Shown one piece after another: positions 1-6,641 of a stretch of DNA of 39,925 nucleotides. A program made the position numbers and the translations under genes. The DNA comes from a virus (lineage: Duplodnaviria > Caudoviricetes). Each line of letters starts with the position of its first letter. Within the stretch, counting starts at the first letter, position 1. The notes under the pieces were generated by a model that was not told the DNA's origin, searched no databases, and saw only the letters and a list, made by a program, of their open reading frames with translations. The stretch spans positions 1 through 39,925 of IMG/VR virus record IMGVR_UViG_3300034375_003668, one strand, 5' to 3'.

Positions 1-46
1 CCTTACCGCTACCAGCCTCGCCAATAAGAAAAATAATATTACTCAC
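1..46 (-). CDS. 5' end of a P-loop NTPase, probably a nucleoside monophosphate kinase (partial; runs off the window)
   Basis: Not in ORF track. GTG at 46 reads MSNIIFLIGEAGSGK: a hydrophobic strand followed by Walker A at the extreme N-terminus, typical of NMP kinases. Overlaps the stop of the upstream gene. Confidence 0.6.
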   Translation of the reverse strand, partial: MSNIIFLIGEAGSGK

Positions 47-260
47 TAGTAACGAAAGCTACTAGTTCTTTAGCTTCTTTGATAGCCTCCTTAGAGTTAT
101 TAGCGTAACCGCCAGAAACAACTAAGTGTAAACAATCAATACGTAAAGCTTTTCTTTCAGCACGCTTCTGCATCAAGGCAGCAGCTTGCATCTTCTTTAC
201 TTCAGCATTCTTGTCTAGCTCTAATGGCTTAGCCTGTGTGAAGTCTACTTTGTTTGACAT
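39..260 (-). CDS. hypothetical protein (ATG at 260 preferred over TTG at 290)
   Basis: ORF track 39..290. ATG at 260 (MSNKVDF...) follows an A-rich leader, and the TTG at 290 lies inside a TAGTTTTG promoter-like element. Confidence 0.75.
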   Translation of the reverse strand: MSNKVDFTQAKPLELDKNAEVKKMQAAALMQKRAERKALRIDCLHLVVSGGYANNSKEAIKEAKELVAFVTSE

Positions 261-287
261 AATAAATTGTATTAAATTAATATACTC

Positions 288-295
288 CAAAACTA
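288..295 (-). promoter_or_regulatory. Bacteroidota-type -7 promoter element TAGTTTTG
   Basis: Matches TAnnTTTG upstream of the leftward gene; no correctly spaced -33 TTTG found. Confidence 0.4.
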
Positions 296-331
296 ATAAA
301 ATATACCACTCAAATAACAGATGTTAATAAG

Positions 332-398
332 ATTCATATATCTATTCATATATAGCATATGCACGTAGCATTGCTATTAGCATATGCTCGAGCATTAA
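332..398 (-). repeat. GCATATGC/TGCT..AGCA array, copy A
   Basis: attcatatatctattcatatatagcatatgcacgtagcattgctattagcatatgctcgagcattaa; aligns with the reverse complement of 4758-4825 and with 24752-24794. Confidence 0.8.
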
Positions 399-454
399 GA
401 TTCTATGAGTCAATAAGTTACGGGGCTTCCAAGTAGCATTTTAGCATTTTGCGA

Positions 455-715
455 CATATATATATAATATATACTATATAATATATATGTTGTAAGTGGG
501 TAAAAAAGGGTGGCACGTACAGAGATTTGGGATTATATATATATATACGCACGTATAACGCACAACGGAAACCCGATACCTGTACCCGTGTACCCACGTA
601 TGCACACGCAGGCATAGGCACGCACATACACGCTTGCGCTCACGTACACACTCGCACACACATGATGGGCGCATGCACATGACACGCATAGGGGCGCATA
701 CACGCACGCACAACA
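455..715. repeat. low-complexity alternating purine/pyrimidine tract ((TA)n, then CA/CG/TA-rich)
   Basis: Examples: catatatatataatatatactatata, tatatatatatatacgcacgtata, gcacgcacatacacgc, cacgtacacactcgcacacacatg. Confidence 0.85.
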
Positions 716-908
716 ATGGAGCTAGTAGATACTACCTTTGCAAAAAGATAGCCCGTTACACGTCACTAGATTACGGCTAGATAGACAGACAGGCGGCACA
801 ATCCACCCCCCACTAGATACGGCACTAGATACAGATAAAAAATTTACCTTTGTAACTTACTGAGAAACAGCACGTTATAAACTTTTTTCAATCTTTTTAC
901 GTTTTTTG

Positions 909-939
909 TTTGGTAGTTAAAAATAATTTCCGATATTTG
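909..939 (+). promoter_or_regulatory. Bacteroidota-type promoter P1 (TTTG-N19-GATATTTG)
   Basis: -33 TTTG at 909-912; -7 element at 932-939 with one mismatch to TAnnTTTG; near-duplicate of P2. Confidence 0.6.
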
Positions 940-1120
940 CACCAGCAATGAGGGTAAACGAACCCGATTAATTTTTGACGTACTGGAGTAACACTAGAGA
1001 AGGTCGGACTTGTCCGATTACTAGAAATAGTACTAGATTAGTAAAAACATCCGAAAGGATGGCGGAACCTTGAACGTCTAGAGTAACACTAGAGTAAATT
1101 AAAAATTCTTTCAAAAAATG

Positions 1121-1152
1121 TTTGCCAGTTTAAAAAATTAGTTGTATCTTTG
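1121..1152 (+). promoter_or_regulatory. Bacteroidota-type promoter P2 (TTTG-N20-TATCTTTG)
   Basis: Perfect match to the Bacteroidota housekeeping -33/-7 consensus, upstream of the early gene block. Confidence 0.8.
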
Positions 1153-1403
1153 CCCCAGCAAAAACAAAGAAAGGTCACGCAAGTGAGTACATTATCTGAC
1201 TCAGTAACTACTAGATAACTGTATACTGGAACACAAAAGAACTCATTGGGAGAGGTACGCTAGGTTGGAAACTAGGGCTGAACTCTGAGTAGTACAAAAA
1301 ATGCCCGTAATTTTTTATCGTTTTAAGGCATAGGTGTAAACGATAGCTACCTGACTGCCAGGGAGCAGACCAATGGAGATGGTCTATAATTAGCAAAGAA
1401 CTA

Positions 1404-1502
1404 GGTGGACTAGATGACTAGGTGTAATCTATTCGTTGTTGGAGGTCGGACTATCCGACTTGTCGTACCAACATACACAAGGGAGCGATGCCCTTTCCAC
1501 TA
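1404..1502 (+). ncRNA. tRNA-like cloverleaf element 1 (non-canonical)
   Basis: Acceptor-like GGTGGA/TCCACT (1404-1409/1496-1501); D-like TAGAT/ATCTA with a GG-containing loop; long arm TGTTGG/CCAACA enclosing the GTCGGACTATCCGAC hairpin; T-like arm AAGGG-AGCGATG-CCCTT. Confidence 0.4.
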
Positions 1503-1525
1503 TCTAACTAACTAAATTCAATACA

Positions 1526-1945
1526 ATGAGCAATTTCAAGTCGCAGTTAAAAACTGCAATCACATCGTCAATCCGTAACGGAGCAAAAGTAACTGAACTA
1601 ATCAAGCAATCCTTGATAGGTGAAGATGGCAAATCACTATGCGAATTGGCTACCGAGAGCTACGCTAAAGCTGGAGCTAAGGGTAACAAATTCGTAGACA
1701 CGCTAACCAGAACGATACGCAAGGTAACCAGTCACAAAGATTGGGATGGTACACCGCTAAAAATGGTGCTAGATAAAGCTACAAAGGAATACTACATTAC
1801 AAACCACAAGCCGAAAGTCAAGGAGGTTGATACGCTAGAGCAGATTATCAAGCTAGTTGAATCGGATGACTGCACCCTTACAAAGGATGAGTTCGCTATT
1901 ATCGGGGAGGCACTTGCAAAGTGTCTTACTCCTGAAATGGCGTAG
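1526..1945 (+). CDS. hypothetical early protein (139 aa)
   Basis: First ORF after P1/P2, with an A-rich start context. Confidence 0.85.
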   Translation: MSNFKSQLKTAITSSIRNGAKVTELIKQSLIGEDGKSLCELATESYAKAGAKGNKFVDTLTRTIRKVTSHKDWDGTPLKMVLDKATKEYYITNHKPKVKEVDTLEQIIKLVESDDCTLTKDEFAIIGEALAKCLTPEMA

Positions 1946-1961
1946 TCGGACTATCCGACCA

Positions 1962-2027
1962 AGTTACACTGATGAGGACAGAAGTCCGAAACAAGGAAGA
2001 AGTACAGAGTATTCCTTGTCTGTAACT
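1962..2027 (+). ncRNA. type I hammerhead ribozyme
   Basis: Stem I AGTTACA/TGTAACT (1962-1968/2021-2027); core CTGATGA (1969-1975); stem II GGAC-AGAA-GTCC; GAA; stem III ACAAGGAA/TTCCTTGT (1991-1998/2012-2019); GUC cleavage triplet, predicted cut after C2020. Confidence 0.93.
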
Positions 2028-2041
2028 AAATCTATATTACT

Positions 2042-2206
2042 ATGGAAAACGAGCAACTAGATAGGTTTGAGAACGATACTTATCAGAAGGAAAAAGAAGA
2101 ATTTATGTCCGATAAATGTTCCGATTGCATGGGGTACCTTAATAAGGATACCGATGAATGCGATAATGATTTTTGTGAGGGCAAGATACCACCAGAGTAC
2201 AAATAG
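2042..2206 (+). CDS. small acidic Cys-containing protein (54 aa)
   Basis: Not in ORF track: MENEQLDRFENDTYQKEKEEFMSDKCSDCMGYLNKDTDECDNDFCEGKIPPEYK, with CxxC...CxxxxC; a palindrome copy starts immediately after its stop. Confidence 0.7.
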   Translation: MENEQLDRFENDTYQKEKEEFMSDKCSDCMGYLNKDTDECDNDFCEGKIPPEYK

Positions 2207-2227
2207 GTCGGACAATCCGACTACAAT

Positions 2228-2300
2228 AGTACGAAAGGGGACAAGCAATTTTCGTTTTCTTCTAATGCTTGAGCTGGTTCGAGTCCAGTGCGTACTACTA
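2228..2300 (+). ncRNA. tRNA-like element 2 (acceptor stem and T-arm, no D-arm)
   Basis: AGTACG/CGTACT acceptor-like stem; T-arm GCTGG-TTCGAGT-CCAGT (2273-2289); central stem CAAGCA/TGCTTG with a U-rich loop; ends in ACTA rather than ACCA. Confidence 0.55.
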
Positions 2301-2316
2301 ATCAATACTAACTAAT

Positions 2317-2424
2317 ATGAGAAAGAAAAAGAAAGTAATAGTAGAAGCTATTGAGTTTGCCCTAATGTATTTAGGACTTGTAACAATAGCGACATTAATA
2401 ATCATTAACCTTTTAATACACTAA
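2317..2424 (+). CDS. small single-TM membrane protein (35 aa)
   Basis: Not in ORF track: MRKKKKVIVEAIEFALMYLGLVTIATLIIINLLIH; fills the gap up to the ORF at 2427. Confidence 0.55.
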   Translation: MRKKKKVIVEAIEFALMYLGLVTIATLIIINLLIH

Positions 2425-2426
2425 AG

Positions 2427-2675
2427 ATGAACAAGTACGAATTAACACAGAAGATTACTAGAGCAATTCTTATGGGACAGGACACGTACGTTTTCAGTCA
2501 AGGAGATGCGCCTAGCTTAACTTGTAAGCTACCAAGCCCACAAAGAGCAGGTACATACACGCAACAGGAAACATACGCTAGAATGCAAGCTAGTGCCATA
2601 GTGGATTTGTTTCAAGAAAAAGTAAACGGGTCGGACTATCCGACTACAACAAGTGACAGATATGACATACGATAA
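2427..2675 (+). CDS. hypothetical early protein
   Basis: ORF track; tightly packed, co-oriented gene array. Confidence 0.7.
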   Translation: MNKYELTQKITRAILMGQDTYVFSQGDAPSLTCKLPSPQRAGTYTQQETYARMQASAIVDLFQEKVNGSDYPTTTSDRYDIR

Positions 2676-2883
2676 CTACAAACTATCCAATCCACAAGAT
2701 GATGGCTGGACTTCTGATGAGGTTACGAGTTGCTGTGGAGATGAGTGTGAAAAGATAGAAGATGAGAACTGCGAACTGCAAATAGTTTGCATAGCATGTG
2801 GGTATTACTGCGATATGATAGAACCATACGAATACGAGGAAAACCAGCGTGAAAAATACGAAGAAATGAAGGAGGATTACTAA
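2662..2883 (+). CDS. acidic Zn-ribbon-like hypothetical protein
   Basis: ORF track 2653..2883; ATG at 2662 preferred; SCC...CxxC pattern. Confidence 0.75.
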   Translation: MTYDNYKLSNPQDDGWTSDEVTSCCGDECEKIEDENCELQIVCIACGYYCDMIEPYEYEENQREKYEEMKEDY

Positions 2884-2952
2884 TGACACCAATAGATTTA
2901 ATAGTTTACTTAATTTTCTACTACTACATAGTAGCATTTAAAAGGTTTATAT

Positions 2953-3552
2953 ATGAAAACAAAGCAACAATTCAAGGGACAAATTCTAACGAGGACAAAA
3001 GTTAAGAATAACATTCTTCACTTCTACAATCAGTCGGACAAATCCGACCGATATGATTGGTACGCAGAGGCTAACAAGTTTGCTCAGAAGTTATCAGATG
3101 ATTACGATATACCACACACATCATCTTGTGGCATCATATCAGCACTAAGTCCTCTTAAAACTTGGAACAATAACAAGCAATGCGCCATATCATTCCTAGA
3201 AACAGGAGATGGTAAGCACATGAAAACTTTCCAAAGCAAAGCAGAACGGATACTTCAGTGCGATGGTAACGAAGAGTGTATCAAAGATATACTGAGGGGC
3301 AACAAGATTATATCATTCTTTGAGAACATCCTACACCCACACAAAGCAGACAAGGTTACGATAGATAGACACGCTTTGTCCGTAGCACTACGCAGGTGGA
3401 TTAGAGAGGAGGATTACGCAGGTATAACCAAAGTTCAGTACAGATTTCTGGAGGACTGCTATAAGTACACAGCTAATCAGATAGGTATTAGCCCTGTACT
3501 ACTACAAAGTTCTACTTGGGAGAGGTTTAGAAAGATTAAAACTAATTACTAA
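2953..3552 (+). CDS. phage protein resembling the DUF7178 / HhH-GPD glycosylase-like family
   Basis: Motifs DWY, ISALSP..W.NN, G.KI.SF, VTIDRHA and LQ...W. Confidence 0.6.
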   Translation: MKTKQQFKGQILTRTKVKNNILHFYNQSDKSDRYDWYAEANKFAQKLSDDYDIPHTSSCGIISALSPLKTWNNNKQCAISFLETGDGKHMKTFQSKAERILQCDGNEECIKDILRGNKIISFFENILHPHKADKVTIDRHALSVALRRWIREEDYAGITKVQYRFLEDCYKYTANQIGISPVLLQSSTWERFRKIKTNY

Positions 3553-3980
3553 TAGGGTCGGACTATCCGACTATAATAAACACTAATCAAAACTATATTA
3601 CAATGAAGCATTTAAAAAGAGATGAGATGATGCAATGGATACTTGAGATGTTGACTCAAGAGAACAACGACAGAGTATTTGTTGGAACATCTGAAGATTT
3701 CAATGGCTCTGAAGGAGGTATACACTTATGTGGTGAATCTATGGATGAGTACAAGGGTGAGGTGATTTACGATTACTACTCTGAAGATTATGTGAATAGA
3801 GAATTTGGGGTACTCAATAAGTGGGAGAAAGAACTTCAAAAGAGGGGATGGTACTCTGAATGGTATGATGCTGGTACAATAAGTTTGTACACAATTTAAA
3901 ATGAGAGGGAATTGCCCTCTGTCAGTTACAACTAAAACTAATTACTAACAGTCGGACAATCCGACTATAATAAACACTAA
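3537..3980 (+). repeat. ~50-bp direct repeats (3537-3586 and 3933-3980) flanking gene 3603..3899
   Basis: TAAAACTAATTACTAA-(TAGG/CA)-GTCGGAC(T/A)ATCCGAC-TATAATAAACACTAA occurs twice. Confidence 0.9.
3603..3899 (+). CDS. hypothetical acidic early protein
   Basis: ORF track; bracketed by direct repeats. Confidence 0.8.
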   Translation: MKHLKRDEMMQWILEMLTQENNDRVFVGTSEDFNGSEGGIHLCGESMDEYKGEVIYDYYSEDYVNREFGVLNKWEKELQKRGWYSEWYDAGTISLYTI

Positions 3981-3981
3981 A

Positions 3982-4248
3982 ATGACTGGAGAACAAATTG
4001 AAAACTACATTAGGGAGGAGTTAAACTCTGAACCTAGACACAACTGCATAGCTTTAGCTGAAGCTATCAATCATGTAAGCAATGAGGTTGAATACGACTC
4101 ATTCGCACTAATGCAACTGCTACTAGAGAACAAACCAATAGACGCATTGCATACACATAGCTACGGATTCCATACAGCTAACGGAAGGTCGCTGATTGAA
4201 GCTATGCAAAACACTTATCACAAAGAAGTACAATTTTATATAGATTAA
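3982..4248 (+). CDS. hypothetical early protein
   Basis: ORF track; packed gene array. Confidence 0.8.
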   Translation: MTGEQIENYIREELNSEPRHNCIALAEAINHVSNEVEYDSFALMQLLLENKPIDALHTHSYGFHTANGRSLIEAMQNTYHKEVQFYID

Positions 4249-4259
4249 AAATAATTATT

Positions 4260-4541
4260 ATGGAAGACAACACATTAATAGCAGAATTTATGGGTATGGA
4301 ATTGGGCGATGATAAGACCGTGTATTATGATGATGCAGAAAATCTACACCCACCAACACCCGTCAATGAATTACAATTCCACACATCATGGGACTGGTTA
4401 ATGCCAGTAGTATATAAGATATTATGGCTAAAGGGTTACGAAGATGAAAGTTATGAAGACATTCACAACGGGTTAACTAACGCATTACTAACCCAAACTT
4501 ATGATGCAGTAGTAGAATTTATTAAACAATACAAACAATAA
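4260..4541 (+). CDS. hypothetical protein, paralog of 5516..5833
   Basis: Shared motifs N.LIAEFMG, ELQ.H.SWDWL.PV and Y..VVEFIKQY. Confidence 0.85.
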   Translation: MEDNTLIAEFMGMELGDDKTVYYDDAENLHPPTPVNELQFHTSWDWLMPVVYKILWLKGYEDESYEDIHNGLTNALLTQTYDAVVEFIKQYKQ

Positions 4542-4545
4542 AATA

Positions 4546-4761
4546 ATGGGAGGAATAAGAAAAACACAGAAGATAGTTTTCTACGAAGAAGATGGTAACG
4601 TAGATACAAGACACTTAAAAATACCAAAGGTAATAAATACAGACATCAGCTTTCAGTTGCAGTTTGGATTTGACTACCCACCATCACCACCAGAAAGGTT
4701 TAAACCACACAGGGAAGAGGTTTATATTAAGGGTATAAGTATCTCGGAATCAATAGGTTAA
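4546..4761 (+). CDS. hypothetical protein
   Basis: ORF track; packed gene array. Confidence 0.7.
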   Translation: MGGIRKTQKIVFYEEDGNVDTRHLKIPKVINTDISFQLQFGFDYPPSPPERFKPHREEVYIKGISISESIG

Positions 4762-4825
4762 TGCTCAAGCATATGCTACAAGCATATACTAATAGCATAT
4801 GCCATAAATATATGAATATATGAAT
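4758..4825 (+). repeat. GCATATGC/TGCT..AGCA array, copy B
   Basis: ttaatgctcaagcatatgctacaagcatatactaatagcatatgccataaatatatgaatatatgaat. Confidence 0.8.
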
Positions 4826-5017
4826 GTAATAAATTACTTAAAAGAAAAGGCGAAGTCCTACGTACATCAAGGTAATGTGTGTGAGATAGCCGAGATAATA
4901 GAGGGGTATAACTCCGAACTAATAAGAGAAAACAAAATGCTTAGGAGTAAAATCTCAAGGATTAGAAAAGCATTAGGAGATGAATTAAATAAGTCGGATA
5001 ATCCGACCAGTAAATAA
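4820..5017 (+). CDS. hypothetical coiled-coil protein
   Basis: ORF track. Confidence 0.65.
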   Translation: MNVINYLKEKAKSYVHQGNVCEIAEIIEGYNSELIRENKMLRSKISRIRKALGDELNKSDNPTSK

Positions 5018-5035
5018 CTAACTAAATTAAATATT

Positions 5036-5284
5036 ATGACTAGAGAAAAATGTCAAGAGGTTTACGACAAGATTGCGGATGCGTTTCACAATCAATCTGG
5101 AGGAGATTACAACGACACCATGTACTATCAATTGCTTGGCGCATCAGAGGAGATGCAAGAGGCAGATATTGATGGTGATTGGGAGTACACATACAAAACT
5201 CTATCAGAGTGTTGGAAGTATGTAGAACATTGCAAAAAGATTGATGACCTACAACAGAATATGCCTAAAGAAATATATTGTTAA
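5036..5284 (+). CDS. hypothetical protein
   Basis: ORF track. Confidence 0.8.
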   Translation: MTREKCQEVYDKIADAFHNQSGGDYNDTMYYQLLGASEEMQEADIDGDWEYTYKTLSECWKYVEHCKKIDDLQQNMPKEIYC

Positions 5285-5529
5285 CTATGATTAAACACAG
5301 AATACCAAACGACAAATGGATGGAGTTTATTAGCGAGATAGCTACACAACTCACCGAACTAAACTTTCACGAAGATACCTTTGAAGTAATAGGTGAGAAG
5401 GGTATACATTTGCGTTTTACAGAAGATGCGCAAGATTTCTTCAATGAAAGATATGACGAAGTAGAAACACTACTAGAGAACACACTAGATATAACTAACG
5501 ATAAACCAGAGTATTATGAAGGACAATAA
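5278..5529 (+). CDS. hypothetical acidic protein (start may be the ATG at 5287)
   Basis: ORF track. Confidence 0.75.
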   Translation: MLTMIKHRIPNDKWMEFISEIATQLTELNFHEDTFEVIGEKGIHLRFTEDAQDFFNERYDEVETLLENTLDITNDKPEYYEGQ

Positions 5530-5833
5530 ACTGATAGCAGAATTTATGGGATGCACAAACCCATTTAATGAGATACATGACGCAACCTTATACAAGGTTG
5601 AGCAAGGTACATTTGAACTTGACGAACTGCAATACCACGAATCTTGGGATTGGCTTATACCTGTAATAAAAAAGATAGATAGCTACGCTTGTGAGGAAAT
5701 GGACTTTTCTGACTATGATGATTACAGAAATAAATATGTATTTATACACAACATTTCGTTGCATAATGATATAAGAGAAGTTTACAATCAAGTAGTAGAA
5801 TTTATTAAACAATACAATAAAGATGAAAGTTAA
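5516..5833 (+). CDS. hypothetical protein, paralog of 4260..4541
   Basis: Shared N- and C-terminal motifs, with nucleotide identity at both ends. Confidence 0.85.
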   Translation: MKDNKLIAEFMGCTNPFNEIHDATLYKVEQGTFELDELQYHESWDWLIPVIKKIDSYACEEMDFSDYDDYRNKYVFIHNISLHNDIREVYNQVVEFIKQYNKDES

Positions 5834-6197
5834 ATTTGAATGGACAACTAGGGAGGCGTATCTCCTAGACAAACTAGAAAGGAATACGATAGGTAAATTA
5901 AAAGAAGCAACAACAAAAGTTAAAACTAAACTGCAAAACATTATGGACAAACTAATGGCAAACAAAATTACACCAGAACAATATGATGAGTTATGGGAAA
6001 CAATACAAGACAGACTAGAGGACCTGTACGACAACAACCCCGATAGCTACGACCTAGAGGACTACGACTTTAGATTAGAGGGTAATGAGATTTTTGTAGA
6101 TGATATAGTGATGGGTTACGACCATAACTACAAGGCAGATGTAATACTAAAGCTATTGGTAGAAGAAGGTGTAATCAAAGTAAAAGATAAAAAATAA
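5823..6197 (+). CDS. hypothetical protein
   Basis: ORF track. Confidence 0.8.
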   Translation: MKVKFEWTTREAYLLDKLERNTIGKLKEATTKVKTKLQNIMDKLMANKITPEQYDELWETIQDRLEDLYDNNPDSYDLEDYDFRLEGNEIFVDDIVMGYDHNYKADVILKLLVEEGVIKVKDKK

Positions 6198-6213
6198 ATT
6201 AAAACTAAATAAA

Positions 6214-6363
6214 ATGTTAAACACTAGAAAAATTTTCTTAATACTTGCAATGGCAAGTTTAGTATTATCAGTATCAATGTGGTTCTTTGGAGACAGACAA
6301 TCAGCTATCTACGTTGGTTTGTGGGTTCCAACTATACTACTATTAGGTCAGTATAAGTTATGA
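6214..6363 (+). CDS. small two-TM membrane protein (49 aa)
   Basis: Not in ORF track: MLNTRKIFLILAMASLVLSVSMWFFGDRQSAIYVGLWVPTILLLGQYKL; ATGA overlap with the next gene. Confidence 0.7.
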   Translation: MLNTRKIFLILAMASLVLSVSMWFFGDRQSAIYVGLWVPTILLLGQYKL

Positions 6364-6641
6364 TTACTAAAAAGTATCTAAAGAAACTTAACAAGGTTAG
6401 GCTTCTTTTTGCAGACTACTGTCCTAGAATATACTACTCAAAAAACTATCATGCAAACATTGAGGTTGCATTAGCTGAGTGTGATGAAGAAACTCTTGAT
6501 GACTTCATGGCTTTTGAAAAGTATTGCAAGACAAAAGGATTAGGCAATCTAATATCTCAAACTTTCCAGCATGATATTGGCGGTCTAATGAGTAGCGATA
6601 AACATTTTGTACCCAGAGTTGCTGGGTTTAGGGAAGACTAA
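6360..6641 (+). CDS. hypothetical protein
   Basis: ORF track. Confidence 0.75.
   Translation: MITKKYLKKLNKVRLLFADYCPRIYYSKNYHANIEVALAECDEETLDDFMAFEKYCKTKGLGNLISQTFQHDIGGLMSSDKHFVPRVAGFRED

Noticed and set aside
418-716. ORFs 418..627 and 474..716 (-)
   Set aside because: Their C/V/Y/R/M-rich translations are by-products of the alternating dinucleotide tract.
733-852. TACCTTTG at 733-740 and 845-852 as promoters
   Set aside because: They match the -7 element, but have no spaced -33 TTTG and no adjacent gene.
1211-1396. ORF 1211..1396 (-)
   Set aside because: TTG start, antisense to the P2 transcript and overlapping predicted RNA structures.
1404-2300. Canonical tRNA genes
   Set aside because: Neither element has a standard anticodon arm, and element 2 lacks a D-arm; both are reported only as tRNA-like.
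1857-2315. ORFs 1857..2060 (+), 2067..2315 (+) and 2057..2305 (-)
   Set aside because: They run through the hammerhead or the tRNA-like element; ORF 2042..2206 fits the start context and gene packing better.
3904-3920. AGAGGG-AATTG-CCCTCT hairpin as a terminator
   Set aside because: No following U-tract; function unsupported.
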